A stretch of DNA of 64,000 nucleotides from Gemmatimonas sp. (GTDB taxonomy: Bacteria > Gemmatimonadota > Gemmatimonadetes > Gemmatimonadales > Gemmatimonadaceae), in NCBI RefSeq assembly GCF_041689975.1, contig NZ_JBDNFF010000075.1, forward strand, positions 585 through 64,584, given 5' to 3'. Under the pieces are notes generated by a model, which had not been told where the DNA came from, did not search any database, and saw only the letters and a list, made by a program, of their open reading frames with translations. The position numbers and the translations under genes were made by a program. Below, in pieces: positions 18,441-27,282 of the stretch. The first letter of the stretch is position 1, and each line of letters begins with the position of its first letter.

Positions 18441-18540
18441 GAAGTAGGGGGTCGGGGGTAGGGAGACCGGCCATCCTTACGCCCGACTCCGTACCCCGTA
18501 CTCTACCCCATTCCCCCGACCCCGTACTCCATACTTCTTC
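18441..18540. repeat. ~100-nt imperfect palindromic G-rich element 3' of pfkA (GAAGTAGGG family)
   Basis: Left arm GAAGTAGGGGGTCGGGGGTAGGGAG (18441-18465). The right arm read on the minus strand is GAAGTATGGAGTACGGGGTCGGGGG (ends at 18540). Confidence 0.5.
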
Positions 18541-18755
18541 GAGTGGACACTCGATTGTCCTCTTCTACGGACGCTGGCTGTGACCTTCAGAAGGCGCCCC
18601 TGTCCTTAGAGTACCGTGGTGCCGATACTTACACCGCAGCAGCACGCTAGCCGGCGGTCGGGTCCGACTTGGCACGGACCCTGCCCTTGAGACGCGTCGG
18701 GACGTCCGATTGCTCTCCGTGGTGGACGGCGCGCGAGGTCCTGCAGGAGGAAAGC

Positions 18756-19745
18756 ATGTTTCAGATGAACTGGCGAATTCTTGCTACGACTGTCGTACTG
18801 AGCCTCGCGCTCGGTGTGGGGCGCGCTCACGCGCAAGGTCGCAGCGAGAACAACGATAAGCACGACAAGGCGGACATCCCGAAGGGGTATCGCCCGCCTG
18901 CCGGCATGTGCCGCGTATGGGTGGAGGGCGTGCCAGCGGCGCAGCAGCCGGCGCCAACCGACTGTGCCAGCGCGGTGCGGAACAAAGCGGCCAACGGCCG
19001 CGTGATTTACGGTGACGATGTGGTGAAGGCCAGAAAGCCGGATCTGCCGATCAAGAGTTTCGCGAAGCCGGGGGATAAGAAGGGCGCTCCATTGATCCCG
19101 CCTGATCTCTCGCAGGCGGATCCGCGAGTGCGGGACGCTTGGGAGGCGAAAAAGATCACGGATGCGCAGTTGCATGGCGATCAGCCGGCGAATGCTTCGC
19201 CGGCTTCGTCGTATCCGGGTGGGGTGGTGTCACCGCAGGGGCCCGCAGGGTCATATGGCGGGTATGTGACGCCAAGCGGCGTTGTCTTGCCGGGGGCGGT
19301 GAACGATCCGCGCTATTTCAACCAGACGCCGGGCGTGCGTCCGCCAGGATTGGGCTCGGCGACCTGTCTCGATCGCGATGGTGACGGCTGGTGCGATGAC
19401 CTGCGCTATGGTCCGCCGGTCTGCACCGACACAGACAAGGACGGCCGCTGCGATGACCTGCCGGAGTTCGCGTCTCGCGCGTATCCCCAGGTGCTCCCGC
19501 CCATGCGATCCGTGACCGACGTGCTGCAGGGGCGCCCCAGCACCGACATCATGCAATGGCTGGGCACGAACGAGTTCACCGTGCGGGTGCCCGACCAGGG
19601 ACGAGGCGGCGTGCCTTGGCGCGCGATCTTCCTCGATCAGAGCAACGAGCTCCTGCAGGTGTGGACCGACGTGAATCGCGATGGTCGCGCCGACCGGATC
19701 GAGATTTTCAAGAACGGCCAGCGCGTGAAGTTGATTCAGCGCTAG
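18756..19745 (+). CDS. Secreted hypothetical protein with two Asp/Cys-rich DxDxDGxCDD repeats
   Basis: GGAGGA 7 nt upstream of ATG 18756. Signal peptide MFQMNWRILATTVVLSLALGVGRAHA. CLDRDGDGWCDD and CTDTDKDGRCDD. Confidence 0.7.
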   Translation: MFQMNWRILATTVVLSLALGVGRAHAQGRSENNDKHDKADIPKGYRPPAGMCRVWVEGVPAAQQPAPTDCASAVRNKAANGRVIYGDDVVKARKPDLPIKSFAKPGDKKGAPLIPPDLSQADPRVRDAWEAKKITDAQLHGDQPANASPASSYPGGVVSPQGPAGSYGGYVTPSGVVLPGAVNDPRYFNQTPGVRPPGLGSATCLDRDGDGWCDDLRYGPPVCTDTDKDGRCDDLPEFASRAYPQVLPPMRSVTDVLQGRPSTDIMQWLGTNEFTVRVPDQGRGGVPWRAIFLDQSNELLQVWTDVNRDGRADRIEIFKNGQRVKLIQR

Positions 19746-19753
19746 GGCTGCAC

Positions 19754-20326
19754 TCAGCGCGTGGCGAGTTGATCATGCCGGAAGCACGACATCAGGTGAT
19801 CGTTCACGAGCCCGACCGCCTGCAGGTAGGCATAGCAGATCGTGCTGCCTACAAAGCGAAATCCGCGCGCCGTCAGATCTTTCGAGATAGCATCGGAAAG
19901 TACGGTCTGCGTAGGCCTCAGGTGTGCGCCCGTGAGTCGCTGATTGATCGGCGCGCCGTCCACAAAGCGCCAGAGGTAGGCATCGAAGCTCCCGAACGCC
20001 GCCTGCACCCCGAGGAACGCGCGCGCGTTACCGATGGTGCTTTCGAGCTTCTGGCGATGACGCACCAACCCCGCGTTCTGCATCAGGGCGCCGATCTGTG
20101 AGGGTGTGAATGCGGCAATGGCTGCCACGTCCCATTGGTGAAAGGCGGCGCGATAGTGCTCACGCTTGGCCAGTACCGTGGACCAGCTCAGCCCCGCCTG
20201 CGCCCCTTCGAGAGTGATGAACTCGAGGAGCTTCCGCTCGTCGTGCACCGGCACGCCCCACTCTACATCGTGATACGCCACATCGAGCGGTTTGACGGGC
20301 CAGGTGCAGCGAACCGGAGCCTTCAT
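19754..20326 (-). CDS. tag: DNA-3-methyladenine glycosylase I
   Basis: 190 aa from ATG 20326: RCTW, YHDVEWGVP, EGAQAGLSW, NDHLMSCF. The longer ORF-track version (to 20761) overlaps the divergent helicase and has no Tag homology. Confidence 0.9.
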   Translation of the reverse strand: MKAPVRCTWPVKPLDVAYHDVEWGVPVHDERKLLEFITLEGAQAGLSWSTVLAKREHYRAAFHQWDVAAIAAFTPSQIGALMQNAGLVRHRQKLESTIGNARAFLGVQAAFGSFDAYLWRFVDGAPINQRLTGAHLRPTQTVLSDAISKDLTARGFRFVGSTICYAYLQAVGLVNDHLMSCFRHDQLATR

Positions 20327-20393
20327 GCTGAAATATGGACTGTGCGCACCCGATTGATTCAATTGCCACGCGCCTGAGCAGTAGATTTGACGG

Positions 20394-23078
20394 GTGCGCA
20401 CTCCACGAGATCGTAACCTACCCCCCGACCGCGACGCCTTTGTCGCGGCCAAGCCGCCGACCGGGCGCGTTATCGTCATCGCGCCGACGCGTGCGGCGTG
20501 CGAGACCATCGAGCTCGCCGTTGGCCTGCATATCGACACGTTTCTCGAGCGCACGCGTGGCGAGGATCTGCGGCGCCTGGCCTTGAGTGGCCAGGGCTTC
20601 GGCATCGTGGCCGGCACCGGATCGGGCAAGACACTGGCGATCCGTCCGATCGCCGAAACGATTCTCGGTACGACCGCACTCAAGGCCGGCGTCGTCAATC
20701 GCGAACGCGAAGCGACGCCGGAAACGCCGTCGTGGAATGTGGTCGTGATCACGACCGGCATTGCGCGCCGGTGGTTTCAGGACGGTGACATTCAGCCCAC
20801 CGACACGCTGGTCGTGGATGAGATCCACCAGACGAGCGCCGAACTGGAGTTGTGTCTCGCGCTCGGCAAGCGCGTCGGCTGTCGCTTCATCTGGCTGTCG
20901 GCGACGGTCGACCCGACGTTCTACGCGCGCTATCTCGAAAGCGCCGAGGTGCTGCACGTGTCGGCGTTCGATGCCACCAAGGCCGCCAAGGTCGAAGTCG
21001 AGCGCAAGCAGCCGCTGAATTTTCTCGACGACAAGTTTCTGCAGAAGTTGTCCAAATCCGAGCGCGGTGTCGCGATTTTTTTGCCCACGCGCGCGTCGGT
21101 CGAAGAAGCGGCGGAGTGGGTGCGTCTGCGCTACCCACGCATCACGGCCGCGCACTATCACGGCGGTGAGCCGATTCGCGTGATCCGCCCGTTTCTCGAG
21201 GGTGTCGTGCCCAAGCCGTTCTTCCTGGCCATGACGGCCGCCGGACAGAGTGCGCTGAACGTACCGGGGCTCGACACAGTCATCATCGACGACACCCGAT
21301 TCACCAACGTGATCGACCGTGGACGCAATGTGCTCACGCGCGTGCACCTGGGCTCGAACGAAATTCTGCAGATGGCCGGGCGCGTGCATGGCCGCGTGGA
21401 GAATGGCCGGGTGTTCATTCTCAGCGACCGTGACATCCGCTTCGAATCATTGAAGCCCACCGCACCCGACTTTCAGTTGGCGGGTGATTCCGAACGCGTG
21501 GCACTCACGTGTGCCGACCTCGGCGTGCAGGCGGATGCACTCGACTTGCCGGTGCCGCTCGATCGCGTGGCGTATCGCAAGGCGATCGCGCATCTCGAGT
21601 CGCGCGGACTGATCGAGCACGGTCGACTGACGACTTACGGCAAGGCAGTCGAAGCGTTGCCGGTGGATCGGGCGTGGGGGGAGCTGATCGTGAACGGCGA
21701 CGACGAATTGCTCCCGATGCTGGCGGTCATGAGCGGCATCGACTCGTTGCATCGCATGTCGCGTGAAGGACGCGATCTGGAAGGGCTGGTGGTGCGCGGC
21801 AGCGATCACCTCACGGCCTACAACGTGTACGCTGACGGCTTCCGCGCCGCCGGCTACATCGGCGAGGTATTCGGGTTGCCGCGGCACATGTTCGACGCCG
21901 AGCGCATCGCGCACTGGGCCGAGCAGCGTGGTATCCTCGTGAAGGCGCTCGAGGACGCGGCGCTGGCGATGGCGAGCGTGTACCGCTCGGTGGGTATGCC
22001 GCTGCCGACCACGCTCCCACTGGTGCGGCACGAGCTCCACAAGCGTTTCTGCGATCTGCTCGCGCGTTTCATGCCGTTCGATCTCGTGATCGAGGAGCAG
22101 ACGACGGATGGGCAGGAAGCGCGCGTGTCGAAGACGAGCGTGTGCGGTAGCTGGGGTGCGGTGGCGGGATCATTGCGTTACTTCGCCGATCGCTTCGGCG
22201 TGCCGCGGGCCGGTATCGAAGGCACGCAGCTCCCGATCGAACTGATCAAGCAGTACGCGCAGCGACTTCCACCTGAGCTGGCGGTCGATCTCGATCGCAA
22301 GCAGGCACCGGTGCTCTTGCGCAGACGGCTCACCTATTTCGGATTCGAGCTGGCGCGCGAGAGCGAAGGGCTCGATGAATTCCCCGCAGAGCATGCCCAG
22401 GCGGCGCGGCATCTGCTGGCCGAAGCGGCGGCGCGCAATGAATTGCGGCACGCATCGGTGCGTCGCAACCAGCCGCTGGTCGAGGAGATCCGCGAAGTGT
22501 GGCGTCGGCTGGGCGGCATCACACCGCGGCTCGGACAGACGGAGCTCACGGCGTGGTACGAAGCGCAGATGGGCACGGCCACCAATTGGGAGACCATCCG
22601 CAATGCGCCGATGTTGATGGACCGACGCGATTTCGTCAGTCACGAGCAGGTGGCCGAGGCGCGCGCCATGCCGGGCGCGGTGGAGATTCGCGACCGTACC
22701 GTGCCGATGGACTATGACGTGGAAGAGCACGACGGTCGTCTGGTGCCGGTCGTTCGATTGCGCGTGCCGGAGAAGTTGGCGCGCACGATGGTGCAGGAGG
22801 AAGTGCCGTCGCTCGACCGTCCGGTGCGGTTTGTCGTGCCGCGTGGACAGCGCGGGTCGGTGCGCGCAGATACGCTCCACGACCTGCAGCATAAGCTCGA
22901 CTTGCCGTTCACCGATGACGAACGCGCGCGTAGCACGGAAGCAAGTGCAGGGCGCACTGGCGCGGACCGTGCGGGTACGCGAAAGGGGGCCGATCGCGAA
23001 CGCGGTGGAGAACGCGGTGGCGGGTCGCGCGGTCCTGGCGGCCACCGTTACCCGGGCAAGGAGCGACGGCGGCGCTGA
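20394..23078 (+). CDS. DEAH-box (HrpA/HrpB-like) helicase with an Arg/Gly-rich C-terminal tail
   Basis: GTGSGKT, DEIH, SAT, QMAGRVHGR, HA2-like SDHLTAYNVY. Tail GADRERGGERGGGSRGPGGHRYPGKERRRR. The ORF opens with GTG. Confidence 0.88.
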   Translation: MRTPRDRNLPPDRDAFVAAKPPTGRVIVIAPTRAACETIELAVGLHIDTFLERTRGEDLRRLALSGQGFGIVAGTGSGKTLAIRPIAETILGTTALKAGVVNREREATPETPSWNVVVITTGIARRWFQDGDIQPTDTLVVDEIHQTSAELELCLALGKRVGCRFIWLSATVDPTFYARYLESAEVLHVSAFDATKAAKVEVERKQPLNFLDDKFLQKLSKSERGVAIFLPTRASVEEAAEWVRLRYPRITAAHYHGGEPIRVIRPFLEGVVPKPFFLAMTAAGQSALNVPGLDTVIIDDTRFTNVIDRGRNVLTRVHLGSNEILQMAGRVHGRVENGRVFILSDRDIRFESLKPTAPDFQLAGDSERVALTCADLGVQADALDLPVPLDRVAYRKAIAHLESRGLIEHGRLTTYGKAVEALPVDRAWGELIVNGDDELLPMLAVMSGIDSLHRMSREGRDLEGLVVRGSDHLTAYNVYADGFRAAGYIGEVFGLPRHMFDAERIAHWAEQRGILVKALEDAALAMASVYRSVGMPLPTTLPLVRHELHKRFCDLLARFMPFDLVIEEQTTDGQEARVSKTSVCGSWGAVAGSLRYFADRFGVPRAGIEGTQLPIELIKQYAQRLPPELAVDLDRKQAPVLLRRRLTYFGFELARESEGLDEFPAEHAQAARHLLAEAAARNELRHASVRRNQPLVEEIREVWRRLGGITPRLGQTELTAWYEAQMGTATNWETIRNAPMLMDRRDFVSHEQVAEARAMPGAVEIRDRTVPMDYDVEEHDGRLVPVVRLRVPEKLARTMVQEEVPSLDRPVRFVVPRGQRGSVRADTLHDLQHKLDLPFTDDERARSTEASAGRTGADRAGTRKGADRERGGERGGGSRGPGGHRYPGKERRRR

Positions 23079-23096
23079 CCATCGTCGTTACGCGGG

Positions 23097-25355
23097 TTAC
23101 TTCGTCGAGGCCGCGAGCATCGGGAGCACGAGCGCTGAGTGTGTTACGAAGGCCTCGACCTCATTCGTGGGCAGTGGGCGGCTATACAGGTATCCCTGCC
23201 CGAAATCGCACCCGATGGAGTAAAGGAACTGCTGCTGTTCTGCTTCCTCGACACCTTCGGCGACCACATCGACGTTCATCGATTTGGCGAGCGAGACAAT
23301 CGTGCGTACGAAGGCGGATTCGCGGTCGCCATCTCGGATGCGTGCCACGAACGACCGGTCGATCTTGAGCTCGTCCACTGGAAAATATTGCAGGTGGCTG
23401 AGCGATGAGTAACCAGTGCCGAAGTCGTCGATCGCGAGCTTGACGCCAAGAGCCTTAAGCGCCTTCAGTTTCTCCAAGGCGAGTTCCGGTGTGCGCATTA
23501 TGTCGCTCTCGGTAATCTCGAGAATCAATCGACGTGGATCGAGCTTGGAGATTTGTAGCGCCGCGAGGGTGTCCTCGATGAGTGTGTCGGCGTCGAGCTG
23601 CTTCGCCGCCACGTTCACACTGACCGAGGGCGCCTCATCGGAGAACTGCGTCCACCGCGCCGCCTGCATGCACGCTTCCATCAGCACCCACCGACCGATC
23701 GGTATGATCAGCCCAGTTTCTTCGGCGATCGGGATAAACAGTCCCGGCCTGACATCCCCACGCTCGGGATGTTGCCAGCGAATCAACGCTTCGAAGCCCT
23801 TCACGCGGCCGCTGTCGATGCGTATCAGCGGCTGGAATAAGAGAAAGAACTCGTGACGGTCCACGCCCATGCGCAAGTCCGACTCGAGCTCCAGCCACTC
23901 CATCGCTTCGCGGCGCATCGCCGGATCGAAGCGACGTACACAGGCTTTTCCCGATGATTTCGCGGCGTACATCGCGGTGTCTGCGTTTCGCAGCAGGGTC
24001 TCTTCGTCGTCCGTCGGGTCGGCGATCGCAATGCCGATGCTAACGCCAACGACGACTTCCCGTCCTCCTATACGCATCGGCATGCGCAGCAGCCTCAGCA
24101 AGCGCTCGGCGAGTTTGTCTGGATCGTCAGTTTGCTCGAACGCATCGAGGACCACGGAGAATTCGTCGCCACCTAGACGCGCGACTGTTTCGCCGGAGCG
24201 AACCGTGCTGGCGATGCGGCGCCCGACGATCTGTAGCAGCTCGTCGCCGACGGCATGACCGAGCGAGTCATTAACACGCTTGAAACCGTCGAGGTCGAGC
24301 ACAAGGACCGCGACACGGCTGTTAGCACGGCTGCGCCGGTCGAGCGCAAGACGCAGACGATCGCGGAAGAGCGCACGATTTGCCAGCCCGGTCAGGTCGT
24401 CCTGAAAGGCCTGTTTTATCAGTTGGCCTTCCATGTTCTTGCGCTGGGTGATGTCCTGAATCATGCCGATCATGCATGCGTCGACGCCGTGGGTCACGCG
24501 GGAGACGGTGAGCTGTCCCCACACGATGTGCCCTTCTTTATGAAAGAAGCGGCGTTCGACGGTGACGGAGTCGCGCATTCCCGTGCGGAGCTCCTGACCA
24601 AGCTCGCGGCCGCTCTCGATATCTTCCTCGGGCGAGAGTGACACCGCTGGCCGTCCCACCACTTCACTCGGCGGATAGCCGAGGAGGTCCTGTGATGCGG
24701 GGTTGGCCTCGAGAATGATGCCGTCGAAGGACAGCACGTGGATGGCGATTCCGGCGGACTCGAAGAACGCGCGGAACCGGGCCTCGCTTTCGGCGCGTGC
24801 GCGAATGGATGCACGTTCTACGGTGACATCGCGCACGTGCACGATCACCGCGTCGTGCTCCTTCAGGACCACGGTGTGGAACATGACTTCCGCGTCGAGC
24901 TCGCGCCCGTTAAGCGTGTACATCGTGGCTTCCGTCGGCACCCCGCACTTGGGGAGCGGCACGTTCGCCGCGATCATGGGCGTGAGCTGACAATAGGCGG
25001 CGCCGAACAACTCCAGACGCTCGACCGGCAAATTCAGGACGTCCTTCTCGACATGCCCGAACGTCGTTTCGGCGGCGTGGTTCCACGCGATAATGCGGCG
25101 GTCGTCACGCGTAATAGCGAACATCGCCATCGGGCTTTCAGCAAAGAGCAACCGATAGCGCTGTTCGCTCTGCTGCATGCCCTCGTAGCGCGACTCCAGC
25201 TCGCGTGACAGCTCCATCATGGCGGCGGCGCTCAGCTCGCGTTCGCGGTCGACGTCATGAAGCAGCGCGCTGACCGATGTGAGGATCGGCTGCAGTGCGT
25301 CCGACATCTCGGTGGCGCCATGTCGTCGAAGCTGTCGCAGCACGTACGGGTGCAT
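23097..25355 (-). CDS. PAS-PAS-GGDEF-EAL signalling protein (diguanylate cyclase/phosphodiesterase)
   Basis: GGDEF intact (RLGGDEF). EAL set intact (EALIRW, EITES, DDFGTGYSS, KIDRSF, EGVE, GQGY). No RxxD I-site 5 aa upstream of GGDEF. Confidence 0.92.
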   Translation of the reverse strand: MHPYVLRQLRRHGATEMSDALQPILTSVSALLHDVDRERELSAAAMMELSRELESRYEGMQQSEQRYRLLFAESPMAMFAITRDDRRIIAWNHAAETTFGHVEKDVLNLPVERLELFGAAYCQLTPMIAANVPLPKCGVPTEATMYTLNGRELDAEVMFHTVVLKEHDAVIVHVRDVTVERASIRARAESEARFRAFFESAGIAIHVLSFDGIILEANPASQDLLGYPPSEVVGRPAVSLSPEEDIESGRELGQELRTGMRDSVTVERRFFHKEGHIVWGQLTVSRVTHGVDACMIGMIQDITQRKNMEGQLIKQAFQDDLTGLANRALFRDRLRLALDRRSRANSRVAVLVLDLDGFKRVNDSLGHAVGDELLQIVGRRIASTVRSGETVARLGGDEFSVVLDAFEQTDDPDKLAERLLRLLRMPMRIGGREVVVGVSIGIAIADPTDDEETLLRNADTAMYAAKSSGKACVRRFDPAMRREAMEWLELESDLRMGVDRHEFFLLFQPLIRIDSGRVKGFEALIRWQHPERGDVRPGLFIPIAEETGLIIPIGRWVLMEACMQAARWTQFSDEAPSVSVNVAAKQLDADTLIEDTLAALQISKLDPRRLILEITESDIMRTPELALEKLKALKALGVKLAIDDFGTGYSSLSHLQYFPVDELKIDRSFVARIRDGDRESAFVRTIVSLAKSMNVDVVAEGVEEAEQQQFLYSIGCDFGQGYLYSRPLPTNEVEAFVTHSALVLPMLAASTK

Positions 25356-25357
25356 TC

Positions 25358-26503
25358 TCAGATCTCCGCGATCGTGGTGACGGTCATCGTCTGGTTGTGC
25401 AACACGGCGGTGGCGAACTCGCGGCCGTCGGTGGGGGGCGCGATCTCCCCGTTGCTGTAGAATCCGACGACGGTGGACGAGCCGCTGAGGCGGACGACTT
25501 CTTCGATCTCCTCCTCGACGCGGCTACGCATCACGGCACGCCGTCCGATGCACGAGATGCAGAGGGTGAGCGAGGAGCCATCGTCCGCGATGTCCTCGTG
25601 AGCCAACTCGGCGGCGTTCACGGCGCCGTCGATGAGCTTGTCGGTCGTGGTGCGCATGAGCCGCACGATGCTACCGGTCGGGATGTCGCCGGCAAAGCGC
25701 ATGGAGCCTTCGGCCTCGTCGATGGCAAGCAGCGTGCGAACGATGACCGGTCCCCCTTTGTAGGCGCGCACCGCGAGCGGAAAGAGCAGGCCACTGCCCG
25801 GCAATTCCGCGGCGAAGCTACCGAGGTAGCGCTTGTACACGTCCAGGGCGCGCTCGCCGTCGAGTTCGAAGACGTTGGCCACGGTGGAGCGCGTCACGAT
25901 GCGTTCCGGCCCGAAGCAGTCCCAACCGCCGACGGAGCCGGTGCCGATGCGCAGGGAATCGCCGATCAAACCGAGGGCGACGACACGGCCGGTGGTCGGG
26001 GTGTCGTTGAGGCCAATCACCGAGCGCGTGAGCTGAATGCCGTTCGAGGCCAGCCCGCCGGTGACCTTGACGCGAAGGGGCAGCATCGGATTGAGACCGT
26101 CAAGGAAGCCGGCGGCGTTCATGCCGATGCCTTCGGCGAAGATCAGTACATGGCGAAGGCCGGCGATCGCGGCCAGTTCCGTGCCGATCTCGGCGCCCAT
26201 CGCGCGACTGTTGTCGACGTCGACGCCATTCCGGATGACGGGGCGGACCGTGGCGTGCTGGAAGGAGACGGTGGTAACGACGGTGTGGGCGTCGTTGACC
26301 GCGCCACCGGCGATCTGGCCGCCTCCAGAGGCATAGACGTGCTGGGCGGCCGGGTACCGGTTGGCGATGGTCGCGAACCACGCGCTGTCGGGCGGGTCGA
26401 CCGGTCCGAAGCTCAGGACCAGTTGCACCGTCGCGTCGGGTGCTTCGGGACGAGCTACGGACCAGCCAGCGGTCGGCGTCCAGAGCGACGAGCGTACACG
26501 CAT
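25358..26503 (-). CDS. FIST-domain sensor protein
   Basis: FIST_N/FIST_C-like protein ending in GFYSNGEIAP. Its stop is 2 nt before the GGDEF-EAL start. ATG 26503 preferred over GTG 26554, which lies in an AT-rich, promoter-like stretch. Confidence 0.8.
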   Translation of the reverse strand: MRVRSSLWTPTAGWSVARPEAPDATVQLVLSFGPVDPPDSAWFATIANRYPAAQHVYASGGGQIAGGAVNDAHTVVTTVSFQHATVRPVIRNGVDVDNSRAMGAEIGTELAAIAGLRHVLIFAEGIGMNAAGFLDGLNPMLPLRVKVTGGLASNGIQLTRSVIGLNDTPTTGRVVALGLIGDSLRIGTGSVGGWDCFGPERIVTRSTVANVFELDGERALDVYKRYLGSFAAELPGSGLLFPLAVRAYKGGPVIVRTLLAIDEAEGSMRFAGDIPTGSIVRLMRTTTDKLIDGAVNAAELAHEDIADDGSSLTLCISCIGRRAVMRSRVEEEIEEVVRLSGSSTVVGFYSNGEIAPPTDGREFATAVLHNQTMTVTTIAEI

Positions 26504-26573
26504 GATCTCGGGGGAAAGGGCGACTGCCGAGCTTACAATATGCAAAATAAGCACGACCGGGCGGATAATTCAA

Positions 26574-27176
26574 TTACCTCACTCGTGCTGAATAAGTCTC
26601 GGCACGTGTGACCAAAAATCCACGGGCGAGGTAGTTCGGCAGCGCGGCCGGCGCGTCGAGGGTGCAGGTGTGCAACCACACGCGCACGGCGCCCCAGGCG
26701 AAGGCCGCCCGCACGGCTTCGGACACGAGCCAGGCACCGAGCCGACGTCGCAGTACGTGTTGATCGAGTCCGATGTAGGCGATCTCCACCGATCCATCGG
26801 TGTGTTGTTCGAGCTCCAGAAAGCCAACCGCGTCAGTCGAGTCCTCGCCGAGCTCTGCCGTCATGCGGTAGATCCGAATCTCGGGACGGGCGAGATGCGC
26901 TGCTATGGCGTTTTGGTCCCAGGCGTCGCGGTCGTTCCAGTGCCACGGTGCACCGATACGCCGGTACAGCCCGCGCCACGTCTCGACTGGGCAGGGATCG
27001 ATCCGTTCAAGGGCGGCCGGTACGCTGGGCTGTTGCCCAGGCACCAACTGCTGCGGGGAGGACAGCTCGAGAAACGTTCTCGTGACGTCGCACTGTTTTG
27101 CGCCCGGGGAGGATGGTTCAATGTTCGGACTCACGAGTCCAAGTTTTTCGGCATACCCGAACGCCTTTTCGTTCAT
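26574..27176 (-). CDS. GNAT family N-acetyltransferase
   Basis: 200 aa from ATG 27176. GFLELE...IAYIGLDQHVLRRRLGAWLV...YLARGF. The ORF-track 5' extension runs through the AT-rich promoter region. Confidence 0.75.
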   Translation of the reverse strand: MNEKAFGYAEKLGLVSPNIEPSSPGAKQCDVTRTFLELSSPQQLVPGQQPSVPAALERIDPCPVETWRGLYRRIGAPWHWNDRDAWDQNAIAAHLARPEIRIYRMTAELGEDSTDAVGFLELEQHTDGSVEIAYIGLDQHVLRRRLGAWLVSEAVRAAFAWGAVRVWLHTCTLDAPAALPNYLARGFLVTRAETYSARVR

Positions 27177-27250
27177 AGTGAAAGCTTCTTTGCAGGCATA
27201 AGTGTTTGTGGAATAATAGTTTATGATAATTTTAGTGGGGGGCTTGCGAA

Positions 27251-27268
27251 TAGGACCGTACGGTCCTA
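27251..27268. promoter_or_regulatory. Perfect 18-bp palindrome TAGGACCGTACGGTCCTA, candidate TetR operator
   Basis: Lies in the divergent GNAT/TetR intergenic region, 15 nt upstream of the tetR-family ATG. It is preceded by the most AT-rich patch of the window (about 27195-27240). Confidence 0.6.
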
Positions 27269-27282
27269 ATTTCCCCTTCACG

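Noticed and set aside
19754-20761. Long 5' extensions of ORF-track entries: tag to 20761, yjjX-like from 29386, thiolase to 40188, S8 protease to 50978, 5'-nucleotidase from 33589, GNAT to 27395, and others.
   Set aside because: The extensions lack homology to the family, overlap neighbouring genes or AT-rich promoter DNA, and internal starts give family-typical lengths and signal peptides.
25295-26611. 438-aa plus-strand ORF antisense to the FIST gene.
   Set aside because: No motifs and Gly/Asp/Arg-rich composition. The opposite strand encodes a recognisable FIST protein.
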